Origin: Patescibacteria group bacterium UBA6017
Lineage (GTDB): Bacteria; Patescibacteriota; Saccharimonadia; UBA4664
DNA length: 64,000 nt
Reading direction: 5' to 3'
Assembly: GCA_002429485.1 (NCBI GenBank)
Contig: DIZX01000015.1
Location: 187,073-251,072, forward strand
The notes below the pieces were generated by a model. The model was not told the DNA's origin. It saw only the letters and a program-made list of their open reading frames with translations, and searched no databases. Shown here in pieces: positions 38,767-47,106 of this stretch. The translations under genes were made by a program, and so were the position numbers. Each line of letters begins with the position of its first letter. Position 1 is the first letter of the stretch.

Positions 38767-39591
38767 ATGCACAGCTCACCAACCTCAAATACCAAGATTC
38801 TCGTCCTCGCCACAGTGGTGATTATTGCCTCTGCTGCAGCCTTAGCGGCTAGCTGGCCGGTTGCCGTAGTAGCCGCGCGCGCGCAAGCCGCCAGCCTAAT
38901 AGGGGAGGCGGGGAGTGCAAACTCAGCCGAAGCTGCCACCGATTATCAGCTCGCCACTCGGCTCGATCCATCTAACCCCGCTGGTTTCGTAGGCCTCGCC
39001 CACACGCAAATCCTCGCCGGGCACGCCGATGCTGCGCTCGTTACGCTCGATCGGGCAGGGGAGGGGAGTGAGGCGGGCAGATTGCGCCTGCGCACCCTCA
39101 TTGAGCTTGGCCGCACCAACGAAGCAGCCGACCGCGCCGCCTCATTCGCAGTTCACGGCCGCAGCGACTCCGACATCCTGCTCGCCGGCTTGGCCTACGC
39201 ATTGGCCGGCCGCACCACAGACATACCCGCACTGATACCGCTTGTGGGCTCACCAGAGGCCGCGCAGCGCCTTTCTCGGGCGTCATCCGGCGATCTACCC
39301 TTGGCCGCCGAACTCTACGCTAGCGGGCTTCCAGAGAGCTCGAGAACTTTGCTGATGAAGCAACCTACCTCATTTGAGCGTAACTTGCTCCTCGCTAAGA
39401 TCCTCTACGCCCGCCACTCGCAACCGGACCTCGCCTCTGCCGCCAATTATCTCAAAATCGCCGTCGCCCTCGATCCCAGCGGCATTGCGGCACGCCAATT
39501 GCTGGCAAGCGTGTATTCCGACAGCAGTCTCCATGCCGAAAGCGCCGCTCAAACCGTTTTAATTACCAAACTTCAGTCCGGTCGACCATAA
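38767..39591 (+). CDS. membrane-anchored TPR-like repeat protein
   Basis: The tracked ORF (38239..) is antisense read-through of the upstream gene. The real start is probably ATG 38767 (MHSSPTSNTKILVLATVVIIASAAALA...), followed by Ala/Leu-rich helical repeats. Confidence 0.55.
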   Translation: MHSSPTSNTKILVLATVVIIASAAALAASWPVAVVAARAQAASLIGEAGSANSAEAATDYQLATRLDPSNPAGFVGLAHTQILAGHADAALVTLDRAGEGSEAGRLRLRTLIELGRTNEAADRAASFAVHGRSDSDILLAGLAYALAGRTTDIPALIPLVGSPEAAQRLSRASSGDLPLAAELYASGLPESSRTLLMKQPTSFERNLLLAKILYARHSQPDLASAANYLKIAVALDPSGIAARQLLASVYSDSSLHAESAAQTVLITKLQSGRP

Positions 39592-39676
39592 GCGTTATCT
39601 GTTGAGCCGTACGGCCGCCGTACCTCAAAAATGAAAATAAGCGTTTTGAAGCAAGTTTTCATAATCGATTTAATGC

Positions 39677-39692
39677 GCTGGCGGAGAGGGAG
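39677..39692 (-). repeat. 15 to 16-nt direct repeat of the 3' end of tRNA-Ser(CGA) (TGGCGGAGAGGGAGAT on the plus strand)
   Basis: Matches 39806-39821 (the tRNA 3' end including CCA) over 15 consecutive nt, about 115 nt beyond the tRNA 3' end. Confidence 0.5.
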
Positions 39693-39771
39693 ATATCGTC
39701 GCTGCGCGACCTCCGCTCACTGCGTTCTCTACGCCGAACTAGCCTGAGTCCGAATCAACCTAGCGCCAAAG

Positions 39772-39803
39772 AAAAACCCCCAGCGCGAGGTTGGGGGTTT
39801 TTC
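39772..39803 (-). terminator. intrinsic terminator AAAAACCCCC-agcgcgaggtt-GGGGGTTTTT immediately 3' of tRNA-Ser(CGA)
   Basis: Perfect GC stem with flanking A and T runs; bidirectional geometry. Confidence 0.6.
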
Positions 39804-39805
39804 TT

Positions 39806-39895
39806 TGGCGGAGAGGGAGAGATTCGAACTCTCGGAAGCCTTGCGGCCTCACCGCATTTCGAGTGCGGCGCACTAGTCCACTATGCGACCTCTCC
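39806..39895 (-). tRNA. tRNA-Ser (anticodon CGA)
   Basis: Manual fold: acceptor GGAGAGG, anticodon loop CTCGAAA, long variable arm, T-arm GAGAG-TTCGAAT-CTCTC, CCA encoded. Confidence 0.9.
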
Positions 39896-40129
39896 AAATC
39901 CATTCCGCTTATGTTTTGGAATGAAAATAAATATAACCAACTTAAGGTAGCATATTTCACCTGATTTGTTGAGGCTAAGAAATTTGCAACAGCTCAAGCG
40001 CCGGGGTCGAATTATACTCACAACAAATTCGGTTTAGCTCAAGCGCCGGTCACACTGCCCAACCGAAATCAATTAAGACAGCCTATAAGGGGAAAATAAA
40101 AACCCCACTTTCACGTGAGGTGTTTATTT

Positions 40130-40205
40130 TGGTGCGCCCGGGAGGACTTGAACCTCCGACCCCCGCCACCGCAAGGCGATGCTCTATCCACTGAGCTACG
40201 AGCGC
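40130..40205 (-). tRNA. tRNA-Arg (anticodon read as GCG)
   Basis: 76 nt; acceptor GCGCTCG/CGGGCGC, D-arm GCTC-AGTGGATA-GAGC, anticodon arm TCGCC-TTGCGGT-GGCGG, T-arm GGAGG-TTCAAGT-CCTCC, CCA encoded. Confidence 0.8.
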
Positions 40206-40257
40206 ATGATCTGTTAGTACCGTCAGACTTTAGCACAGCTCACGGTCAAAATAAAGG

Positions 40258-40896
40258 CTAAAAGCGCACGTACCGCGTAATCCGCTCGATAACGTCGAGC
40301 GGGCGGTCTTCCCGGGGCAGGTGCAATTCGAGGTGCCCCACAATTTCATCAAAATCTACTGTGTCGAATAAAATCACCCTGCGCGGGCTCAATCGCTTTG
40401 TCGGCTCCAGGTCAATCGAATGCCATTCCTCGTCCGGGATCACGCCAAATGACCGAAACTCAGCAAACGGATACAGACTGCCGTCAATATGCACCCCCTG
40501 GTCGCTGAGTTCATACTGCATTACTCGCGGAGGCTTGTGTGCATACACCGCCAAAGCACCCCCCATGGCAATGAAAACGACTACCTCAAGCCATAAATGC
40601 AGCCAAGCGGCCAATCCGGCCAATACCGCCACGATAAGCCCGAGAGCACCATACCAGGCTTTCGATTTATGATTATGAACGTACTCGGAAGCTTGCCAGC
40701 TAAACGCCACTTCAGGCTCGGATTCAGCCGAGCTATCATCATCGGCTTCAACCGAGCCTTCATCACCCGCATCTAAGTCCGGGGCTTGTTCGTCCAGCTC
40801 AGTTACCTGAGCTGCTTCTACTTCGCTGTCATCGACGGCTTCGACCGGTTGCTGACTGAGCTCATCGCCCATAATGCTTATCCTCTTGCCAAACAT
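40258..40896 (-). CDS. hypothetical membrane protein with acidic N-terminal region
   Basis: An Asp/Glu-rich N-terminus, two TM helices, and a C-terminal domain of about 90 aa that may be a bacterial PH-like domain. An alternative start at 40872 has AAGAGGA upstream. Confidence 0.55.
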   Translation of the reverse strand: MFGKRISIMGDELSQQPVEAVDDSEVEAAQVTELDEQAPDLDAGDEGSVEADDDSSAESEPEVAFSWQASEYVHNHKSKAWYGALGLIVAVLAGLAAWLHLWLEVVVFIAMGGALAVYAHKPPRVMQYELSDQGVHIDGSLYPFAEFRSFGVIPDEEWHSIDLEPTKRLSPRRVILFDTVDFDEIVGHLELHLPREDRPLDVIERITRYVRF

Positions 40897-40943
40897 TATG
40901 GCGCAAGCAGCGCCCAGTGTACAATATGCGTGTCAGCCTACCT

Positions 40944-41031
40944 GGAGGGGTCGCATAGCGGCCGAGTGCACCGGTCTTGAAAACCGGAGACCTTCACGGG
41001 TCCGTGGGTTCGAATCCCACCCCCTCCGCCA
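40944..41031 (+). tRNA. tRNA-Ser (anticodon TGA)
   Basis: GGAGGGG-TC-GCA-TAGCGGCCGAG-TGC-A-CCGGT-CTTGAAA-ACCGG, long variable arm, TGGGTTCGAATCCCA, CCA encoded. Confidence 0.9.
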
Positions 41032-41102
41032 AGTAGCTCGACCGCGGATTCGAACGTCGCCGGTTCGGTCGACGCCCGAAAGGGCAAGAGTGGCACAGCC
41101 AC

Positions 41103-41122
41103 AATCCCACCCCCTCCGCCAA
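41103..41122 (+). repeat. 20-nt direct repeat of the 3' end of tRNA-Ser(TGA) (AATCCCACCCCCTCCGCCAA), a candidate att-site scar
   Basis: Identical to 41013-41032. The 70-nt spacer contains a T-arm-like fragment GCGGATTCGAAC. Confidence 0.6.
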
Positions 41123-41151
41123 TTTATGCACTAAACATCGAGATCACCAGT

Positions 41152-41805
41152 ATGAGCCCAGAAAATCTATCAGAAGATCAGCAACCTGATTCAGAGGAAA
41201 TACAGCGGCACGCCGACCTCACGAATGATCTGCTCAACATTCGAGCCGAGGCCGCCCAAGAAGCCGACTATGACCCCCAGCCTATGCCGGAAGCTGGCCC
41301 CGAAGCAGGGCCGGAGAGAGATCAAATCTTCGAACAGGCCAGCGCCGAACGCGGCGGCTTTCTCCGAGACACCCTCACCTCCTCGCTAGTCAGCAACGGC
41401 CTCGACCTCGTTCCGTTCGTGGGCGGCGGCAAAATGCTCGTCGAATCAATCGCCGGCCAAACACTCAACGGAGAAGAGATGACCGGCAAAAACCGGATTA
41501 TTCACGCCGCCATGGGCGCCGGCAGCCTCGGGCTGGACCTCACTGGTATCGGCGAGGCCAGGGAGAGCGCGATGCTCGCGGGTAAAAGCGTAGGCCTAGT
41601 CGGTAAACTCGCAGCCAAACTAACCGAACGCGGAGCCGTCAAATCTGGCCGAATTTTCGAGATATCGGCCGCCTTTATGGCCGCTCACCCGGATCTGACC
41701 GCAGAAGCCGAACGTGCGGCGGAATCTCAGATCAAACATCAAATTAGCAACATCAAATCCTACCGCCTGCGTAACCAGCCGCTAGACAATGCCGAGGCAG
41801 CCTAG
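41152..41805 (+). CDS. hypothetical protein (217 aa), acidic N-terminus with a Gly/Ala-rich core
   Basis: Clean ORF with no recognisable domain. Confidence 0.5.
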   Translation: MSPENLSEDQQPDSEEIQRHADLTNDLLNIRAEAAQEADYDPQPMPEAGPEAGPERDQIFEQASAERGGFLRDTLTSSLVSNGLDLVPFVGGGKMLVESIAGQTLNGEEMTGKNRIIHAAMGAGSLGLDLTGIGEARESAMLAGKSVGLVGKLAAKLTERGAVKSGRIFEISAAFMAAHPDLTAEAERAAESQIKHQISNIKSYRLRNQPLDNAEAA

Positions 41806-41985
41806 ATGACTAAACCCGAACTCGCCCAAATCATCAACCAGCTAGTCTCGCTCGGCGAAGACCAGGCTGAGCTCAATATTTGGCTGGAAATATTCGACTA
41901 CTTAGAGCCAGCGCAACAAACCGAGCTCGAATTAAACCTATCCCAAGAACTCGAGGCCCTCAAATCATCACCGCCAACCGCCTAA
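41806..41985 (+). CDS. small hypothetical protein (59 aa, MTKPELAQIINQLVSLGEDQAELNIWLEIFDYLEP...)
   Basis: Not in the ORF track (59 aa). The ATG abuts the stop of the upstream gene (TAG-ATG), and the frame is protein-like. It overlaps the 5' half of tracked ORF 41880..42236. Confidence 0.3.
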   Translation: MTKPELAQIINQLVSLGEDQAELNIWLEIFDYLEPAQQTELELNLSQELEALKSSPPTA

Positions 41986-42236
41986 AACTACCTCCGTTTA
42001 CCCTCCGCCTCAAGCTTGGCCTCGGCCTAATCTACCTTGCCGGCCTGGGCTGGGGCGCCGAATTCATCATCCCCTTCACGCACATCAGCCATAAATTCGT
42101 AATCTGGATAATCGTCCTCGTTGCGGCCGAGATCTGTTTTGTCGCCGGAGTCGCCATCCTCGGCAAGGCTCTCTACCGAGAACTCAAAACTCGCCTCAGC
42201 GCCATACTGATCTCTCGCCAACCCCCTCAAAACTAA
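41880..42236 (+). CDS. small membrane protein (2 TM in the C-terminal 80 aa); the 5' limit is unclear
   Basis: The C-terminal part is LGLGLIYLAGLGWGAEFIIPF...IWIIVLVAAEICFVAGVAILG. The N-terminal 35 codons look like off-frame translation of the 59-aa ORF, so a frameshift is possible. Confidence 0.3.
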   Translation: MAGNIRLLRASATNRARIKPIPRTRGPQIITANRLKLPPFTLRLKLGLGLIYLAGLGWGAEFIIPFTHISHKFVIWIIVLVAAEICFVAGVAILGKALYRELKTRLSAILISRQPPQN

Positions 42237-42285
42237 CCGCCTCATAGAAAAACCCCGCGGCAATCATGCCTACGGGGCTTTTCTA

Positions 42286-42378
42286 TGGCGGAGAGGGAGA
42301 GATTCGAACTCTCGCGGGGGATTACTCCCCCCTACAGGTTTAGCAAACCCGCCCCTTCAGCCACTTGGGTACCTCTCC
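42286..42378 (-). tRNA. tRNA-Ser (anticodon GCT)
   Basis: Acceptor GGAGAGG, anticodon arm CGGGT-TTGCTAA-ACCTG, long variable arm, T-arm GAGAG-TTCGAAT-CTCTC, CCA encoded. A terminator-like hairpin lies at 42250-42282. Confidence 0.9.
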
Positions 42379-42488
42379 GTGCTAGCTGAACCTGGATACT
42401 ATACCGCGCAGAAAGCTTTCACTCAAGACCCGTACGACTTTTATGTATACTAAAATCTAAGCGCGAAAAGTTAAGCCGGAGAAAGAAA

Positions 42489-43115
42489 ATGGGCGAATAC
42501 GGACCATCCAATCAAGATCCAAACCCAAATCAAGCCATAAAGTTTATTGAGTCACTCGATGACACAGAAGATGGCAACGAAATGTCCCTGAAGCGTTGGC
42601 CGAGCATCGATACATTGCATGAAGCCGAAACCTTAGCCGATAGAATCAGCCGACAATTCTTCAGAATGGATTCCGTAATGGGAATCGCCCTCAATAAATT
42701 AAGGCAGTCGGGTAAAGTTAATTTCAAGCTCGTACAAGACTCCCTTAGCGGCCAAGATGACCCCAATGGCCTCGTCCATCCGCTAATCGAAGGCACCGAA
42801 ACCGAGCGTGAAGCGGCAGCCAAGAGTATTGAAGCATTCCTTGAGCAAAATGATGAAATAATTGAAGGCTTGACCCTTCAAGACGATGGCTTCGCCAAAG
42901 CCGAAGAGCTCGAATCCGACGAAAAACTACCCTATGGCTACTCTCAACGGCTACGCGCCAGCTCCATCAAGGCTGATATAAAGTATTTCGAGGACAGCAA
43001 TCAAGGCGACAAAGCCGCGGCGGCCAAAGCTCAAATTGACCAGCTTATCGCCGAAGGATTTAGTCCATTAACCAACGAAGAAATTGCCGAATTAATCGAC
43101 GTCACAGCGATTTAG
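42489..43115 (+). CDS. hypothetical acidic protein (208 aa)
   Basis: Clean ORF in a lower-GC stretch; no recognisable domain. Confidence 0.55.
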   Translation: MGEYGPSNQDPNPNQAIKFIESLDDTEDGNEMSLKRWPSIDTLHEAETLADRISRQFFRMDSVMGIALNKLRQSGKVNFKLVQDSLSGQDDPNGLVHPLIEGTETEREAAAKSIEAFLEQNDEIIEGLTLQDDGFAKAEELESDEKLPYGYSQRLRASSIKADIKYFEDSNQGDKAAAAKAQIDQLIAEGFSPLTNEEIAELIDVTAI

Positions 43116-43176
43116 GCCTCCAACTGACCCCCCCAAAAAAATACCTACCTCCCCGTATTCTCGGTATACTAACCTT

Positions 43177-44601
43177 ATGGATTCTGAACGATCAACACCT
43201 GGCTCAAGCCCAGACTCAACCTTCAACACCGAACTATCGGACAAACTACTGAGCGCGTCCCAGCTCGATGATGCCCTGGAGCTCGCGCAGCCCCTTGTTG
43301 GCACCGACTCGCGGGAGTCACCGGAAGTAATAGACCTGGTGACCCAGACCATTACCACTGCCTCAAACCCTCTCGAACTCTCCAGACTCTTCGTCCAGAC
43401 AGCAGGCAGTCTATCCGAGCACGACATCGAGCCGGGCTCCATGGACATGCCATCGTTTGCACGCCTAACTCGCCTCATCAAAGACACGGCAGGGGACGAG
43501 CACCAAACCGCGGAAATTGAACGCTTCTGCGCCAACTGGAAAATCAATCACGAGTACGCACAGGCCTACGAACGCTACGTTGCCCCCGTCGCCGAATCCG
43601 GACCAATAAGCTCAATAAAACCCCAGCTCGAGCCCCGTCTAGAGGATGTACCCTCACTGCAGGAGGCCCTATCCAGAGCCGGCTTGTCGCCCGATGTGGC
43701 CAAGGATATTTTCGCTACCTGGAACAGCTATCCAGCGCTGTCGGCCGACCCTAGCCGACTAGGTGATCCATCGAATTCAAGCGTAAGCCCGCAGGATGTC
43801 GAAGAGGCCACCCTCAAACAACGCGCCATGATCTCAAGCCAAGTCGAGGCCTTAATCGGGTACGCTGATGAATATGGCAAAGACGAACTCGCGAGCATTA
43901 TCACCACCTTCGGCATCCATAACTTCAGCCGCTACCGACCCGGGCAGCTCCATCAACAGCTCATGGACTGGAACGATCCATCTAAGTCATTCGAAAACGT
44001 AATCGTCTCCGCGGTCGCAGACTGGAATGGCACGCTCAGCCGAGCTGGTTCTCAACTCATGAGCCAAAAGAGCGACTCGTCGATCTACTTCGAAGCCGGA
44101 GGTCCCACATCGCTCGCCAAAGACCTTGTAGCCATCGGTGACCGAGATAGAGCCTATGGCCGCGATCCGCTCAAGGACAGCTCCGTGAAAAACGTTATTA
44201 TTTACGGTCACTCAAATAGCGACATCATCCAGCTCGGCGTGAACGGCGAAGGCATTACTGTTTCTGATTATGTTGAAGTTCCCGGCAACAAGACCGGCAT
44301 CAAGACCGGCATCAAAAGTCGTCTGAATGACTACCGACGCCATCTAGGCAACGATTTCCGCCTCATCCTCAAGTCATGCTCTACTACCGGCTCGCCATCC
44401 GGCGTACGCAACATCGCTGAGACCCTTAGCGATGAACACGGGGTCAAAGTCGCCGGCTCACCCCTGCCCACTACCGGCGAAATTATCATAAATCCAGACG
44501 GCGAAGTATTTTTTCAGGTCAATAAGCAGCCCGAAAACAGCAAATCAGAAGCTGAAATTATCCCTGCCGTAGTCTACGACGGTCGAAAATTAGCAGCCTA
44601 A
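43177..44601 (+). CDS. hypothetical protein (474 aa) with a possible Cys/His-containing hydrolase-like C-terminal domain
   Basis: Clean ORF. The C-terminal 150 aa contain VIIYGHSNSD and LILKSCSTTGSPSG. No confident family assignment. Confidence 0.6.
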   Translation: MDSERSTPGSSPDSTFNTELSDKLLSASQLDDALELAQPLVGTDSRESPEVIDLVTQTITTASNPLELSRLFVQTAGSLSEHDIEPGSMDMPSFARLTRLIKDTAGDEHQTAEIERFCANWKINHEYAQAYERYVAPVAESGPISSIKPQLEPRLEDVPSLQEALSRAGLSPDVAKDIFATWNSYPALSADPSRLGDPSNSSVSPQDVEEATLKQRAMISSQVEALIGYADEYGKDELASIITTFGIHNFSRYRPGQLHQQLMDWNDPSKSFENVIVSAVADWNGTLSRAGSQLMSQKSDSSIYFEAGGPTSLAKDLVAIGDRDRAYGRDPLKDSSVKNVIIYGHSNSDIIQLGVNGEGITVSDYVEVPGNKTGIKTGIKSRLNDYRRHLGNDFRLILKSCSTTGSPSGVRNIAETLSDEHGVKVAGSPLPTTGEIIINPDGEVFFQVNKQPENSKSEAEIIPAVVYDGRKLAA

Positions 44602-44605
44602 CCTA

Positions 44606-45268
44606 CTAGTGCCGCGCTACTGCCACCGCCCACACTGATCCGGCTCCGGCAGAGCGCAGCGCATCAGCACAGGCCGACAATGTAGCGCCAGTAGTTACCA
44701 CGTCGTCCACCAGAAGCACTTTCTGGCCCTCTAAGGCGCGAATCGCATAAAAAGCTCCACTTGCCTGCTCTAGACGGTTGCGCCTGTCTAAACCGATCTG
44801 ATGAGTCGCAGTGAGCCTCCCGAGCAGAGGTTGGTAGGGGAGGCCGGCTCGCAGCGCCACCGCCTTGGCCAGTAACTCCGATTGATTGTATCCGCGCTCG
44901 CGGTGTCTCGAGGCAGCCACCGGCACACTCGTCACCAGTTGGACCTCCGGCCAGTCCTGAGCAGTCCGTAGCAGAAGCTTCGCAGCCGTTTCGGTAGCCG
45001 CCCGCAAACGATGGAATTTTAGCCTCAAAATCAGCTCCTTCACGACACCGTCATAGCGAGCCGCCACACTGACCCCCGCCAGAACAGTGCCTCGCAGACA
45101 CACCTCACAGGTACGTCCCCGCAAATTAGTCCGGCCGCAGGCATAACAAGATGTCCGGTCCGGCAGGCTCAAGGCGTCCAGGCACGTTGTACAAATTACA
45201 TCACCTTCGAATCCGCATCCCAAGCAATTAATGGGCGCAAAAATCTCCAAAATTCGGCTAAAAATCAC
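44606..45268 (-). CDS. comFC: ComF-family protein (ComFC; double zinc ribbon plus phosphoribosyltransferase domain)
   Basis: CLGCGFEGDVICTTCLDAL...CYACGR...CEVC, and the PRTase motif VLLVDDVVTTGATL. Confidence 0.8.
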   Translation of the reverse strand: MIFSRILEIFAPINCLGCGFEGDVICTTCLDALSLPDRTSCYACGRTNLRGRTCEVCLRGTVLAGVSVAARYDGVVKELILRLKFHRLRAATETAAKLLLRTAQDWPEVQLVTSVPVAASRHRERGYNQSELLAKAVALRAGLPYQPLLGRLTATHQIGLDRRNRLEQASGAFYAIRALEGQKVLLVDDVVTTGATLSACADALRSAGAGSVWAVAVARH

Positions 45269-45354
45269 CCGCTTGCTTGCCTTTCAACTCAACGTTTGGC
45301 TATAATAGGGAAAACTTACCTGCATCGCAAATTACAAAGCAGGCCTGTAAAATC

Positions 45355-45822
45355 ATGAAGTCATTAACGCGGAGGCTCACCTGCATGCCGGGCAAGAAAA
45401 ACGCTCCCCTCAACGATCAAGAAAACGTATTACAAGATGACTTCCTAGACACCTCCGTCGAGGGTGAGGAAGACTGGATGGCCGAGGCCGAAGGGCAGCT
45501 AGCCGTCGACGTCTATCAGACCAAAGAAAACGTCGTCATCAAGGCTCCCATCGCCGGAGTTACGCCGGACAAGATTGATATCGAAGTCGCCGAAGACGTC
45601 GTTACCATCCGCGGCGAGCGTATCGAAGAAAAAGAAGTCGATCGCGAGCACTACTACGTGCAGGAATGCTACTGGGGTTCATTCTCCCGCTCAGTCATTC
45701 TGCCGACCTCGACTATCGCCGAGAAGGCTGCCGCCTCCCTCAAGGACGGCGTACTTACCGTTACCATACCCAAGGTAGCTCAGGACAAGGTAAAGAAGAT
45801 CAAGGTCAAGCCGGTAGTCTAA
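45355..45822 (+). CDS. Hsp20/alpha-crystallin-family small heat-shock protein
   Basis: Alpha-crystallin domain LAVDVYQTKENVVIKAPIAGVTPDKIDIEVAEDVVTIRGER...DGVLTVTIPK. Candidate promoter TTGCCT-18-TATAAT at 45277-45306. Alternative starts at 45277 or 45385. Confidence 0.8.
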   Translation: MKSLTRRLTCMPGKKNAPLNDQENVLQDDFLDTSVEGEEDWMAEAEGQLAVDVYQTKENVVIKAPIAGVTPDKIDIEVAEDVVTIRGERIEEKEVDREHYYVQECYWGSFSRSVILPTSTIAEKAAASLKDGVLTVTIPKVAQDKVKKIKVKPVV

Positions 45823-45844
45823 GCCAGCCCCCTTTAGATCCCGA

Positions 45845-45876
45845 GAAACACCGCCTCACCGGCGGTGTTTCTATTT
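45845..45876 (+). terminator. intrinsic terminator GAAACACCGCC-tcacc-GGCGGTGTTTC + TATTT after hsp20
   Basis: 11-bp perfect stem 23 nt after the stop. Confidence 0.6.
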
Positions 45877-45897
45877 GAGGACGGCAATCCGGACAAT

Positions 45898-45926
45898 AAA
45901 AAAGGACCCTTGCGGGTCCTTTTTTG
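45898..45926 (-). terminator. bidirectional terminator AAAAAGGACCC-ttgc-GGGTCCTTTTT 3' of the pilin-like operon
   Basis: Perfect stem with flanking A and T runs, 12 nt downstream of the stop at 45939. Confidence 0.6.
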
Positions 45927-45938
45927 GTCGGAGGGTGA

Positions 45939-46388
45939 TTAGTTGGCTTTGGATAAAGCATTAATCACGAACTGGACGAGGGCGAAGGATATCACCGCCA
46001 CCACTATACCGACAATGGCATAAAGGATTGTGTCTTTGGCGGCCGTAACGTTCTTGGAGTCACCGTTCGAGACCACGTAGCGCAAGCCGCCGATGATCAA
46101 GTAGATCACCGAGATAGCACCGACGAGGAAGATCAAGGTGTTGGCAATCACGGTGAAAATACCGCCCTGTCCGAACAAGTTATCCTTCTGGCTGCCACCC
46201 TGAGAGCATGAAGCGCCAGCGGTCAGCGGATCAGTAGCGTTGCCACTCGCGTCACAGTTTGATGCAGCTCCGAAGGCCGGGGAGGCCGAAATCATCACAC
46301 CCGCAACGGATGCGGATCCTACTCCCAGCACCAGGACGAGCGCCTGGAGCGAGAGCGCAACTTTCTTTAATAATCTCTCTATACCCAT
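45939..46388 (-). CDS. T4SS pilin-like protein, paralog 1 (VirB2/TrbC-like: signal peptide plus two C-terminal hydrophobic helices)
   Basis: N-terminal signal peptide, a Cys pair (NCDAS...ASCSQ), then IFLVGAISVIYLIIGGLRYVVSNGDSKNVTAAKDTILYAIVGIVVAVISFAL. It has its own promoter (TTGCTA-17-TAATGT at 46427-46455) and an AAGGAG RBS. Confidence 0.6.
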   Translation of the reverse strand: MGIERLLKKVALSLQALVLVLGVGSASVAGVMISASPAFGAASNCDASGNATDPLTAGASCSQGGSQKDNLFGQGGIFTVIANTLIFLVGAISVIYLIIGGLRYVVSNGDSKNVTAAKDTILYAIVGIVVAVISFALVQFVINALSKAN

Positions 46389-46456
46389 TAGAATCTAATC
46401 TCCTTAATAAAATTCAATTTGATGTGACATTAGCATAAGCGTTAACGACTAGCAAT

Positions 46457-46780
46457 CTACTTTCCTATAGTAGTCGTCACGAACTGCACTATCGCATACG
46501 CTACGATTGCTACGATTACACCTATGATAGCGTACATGATGGTGTCCTTGGCGGCCGTCACGTTCTTCGAATCACCGTTGGAGGTCACGTAACGCAACCC
46601 GCCGAGAATAATCATAATGACAGATAGGGCACCGATAAGTATCGTCAAAAAGTTGGCGACATTTGCAAAGATATGAGCCAAGCTCACATTGTTGCAATTA
46701 GCCCCACTCGCACAAGCCTGATTTGCTCCGGCCGTAATATTACTCGCTGCTGTTCCCAGTAAAACAACCAAACTACTCAT
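46457..46780 (-). CDS. T4SS pilin-like protein, paralog 2
   Basis: Signal peptide, Cys pair (CASGANC), and the shared core LGGLRYVTSNGDSKNVTAAKDTIMYAIIGVIVAIVAYAI. AGGAGA lies 6 nt before the ATG. Confidence 0.6.
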   Translation of the reverse strand: MSSLVVLLGTAASNITAGANQACASGANCNNVSLAHIFANVANFLTILIGALSVIMIILGGLRYVTSNGDSKNVTAAKDTIMYAIIGVIVAIVAYAIVQFVTTTIGK

Positions 46781-46800
46781 TTACATTCTCCTAAATTATG

Positions 46801-47106
46801 CTATTTCCCGAGCGCCGCAGCGATTCCGTCCACGATCGCGTAAGCCATGATCGCCAGTATCACCCCAGCAATTGCATATTGGAGCGAATCCCGCCCCTGC
46901 TGATACCGCTTGGCATCACCAGCCGATAAAGTGATTTGCAGCCCTCCTACAATCACGAATATTACCGCCAGCATGCCAATTATTATTATAAGCGTATGCG
47001 CAATACTTGCGAACCCCGTACTCAAATTTGTAGCGGAACTCGGGCAATTGTTGATCGTTTTGCACGAAATACCGTATAGCACCGCGACCAACCAACCGCC
47101 CATCAT
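46801..47106 (-). CDS. T4SS pilin-like protein, paralog 3
   Basis: Cys pair CKTINNC; core VGGLQITLSAGDAKRYQQGRDSLQYAIAGVILAIMAYAI. Its start abuts the stop of paralog 4. Confidence 0.55.
   Translation of the reverse strand: MMGGWLVAVLYGISCKTINNCPSSATNLSTGFASIAHTLIIIIGMLAVIFVIVGGLQITLSAGDAKRYQQGRDSLQYAIAGVILAIMAYAIVDGIAAALGK

Noticed and set aside
41032-45270. Possible prophage or integrative element next to the tRNA-Ser genes
   Set aside because: The region contains no integrase, recombinase, phage structural or replication gene. Only att-like repeat scars and hypothetical ORFs are present, so it is reported as a remnant islet rather than a mobile element.
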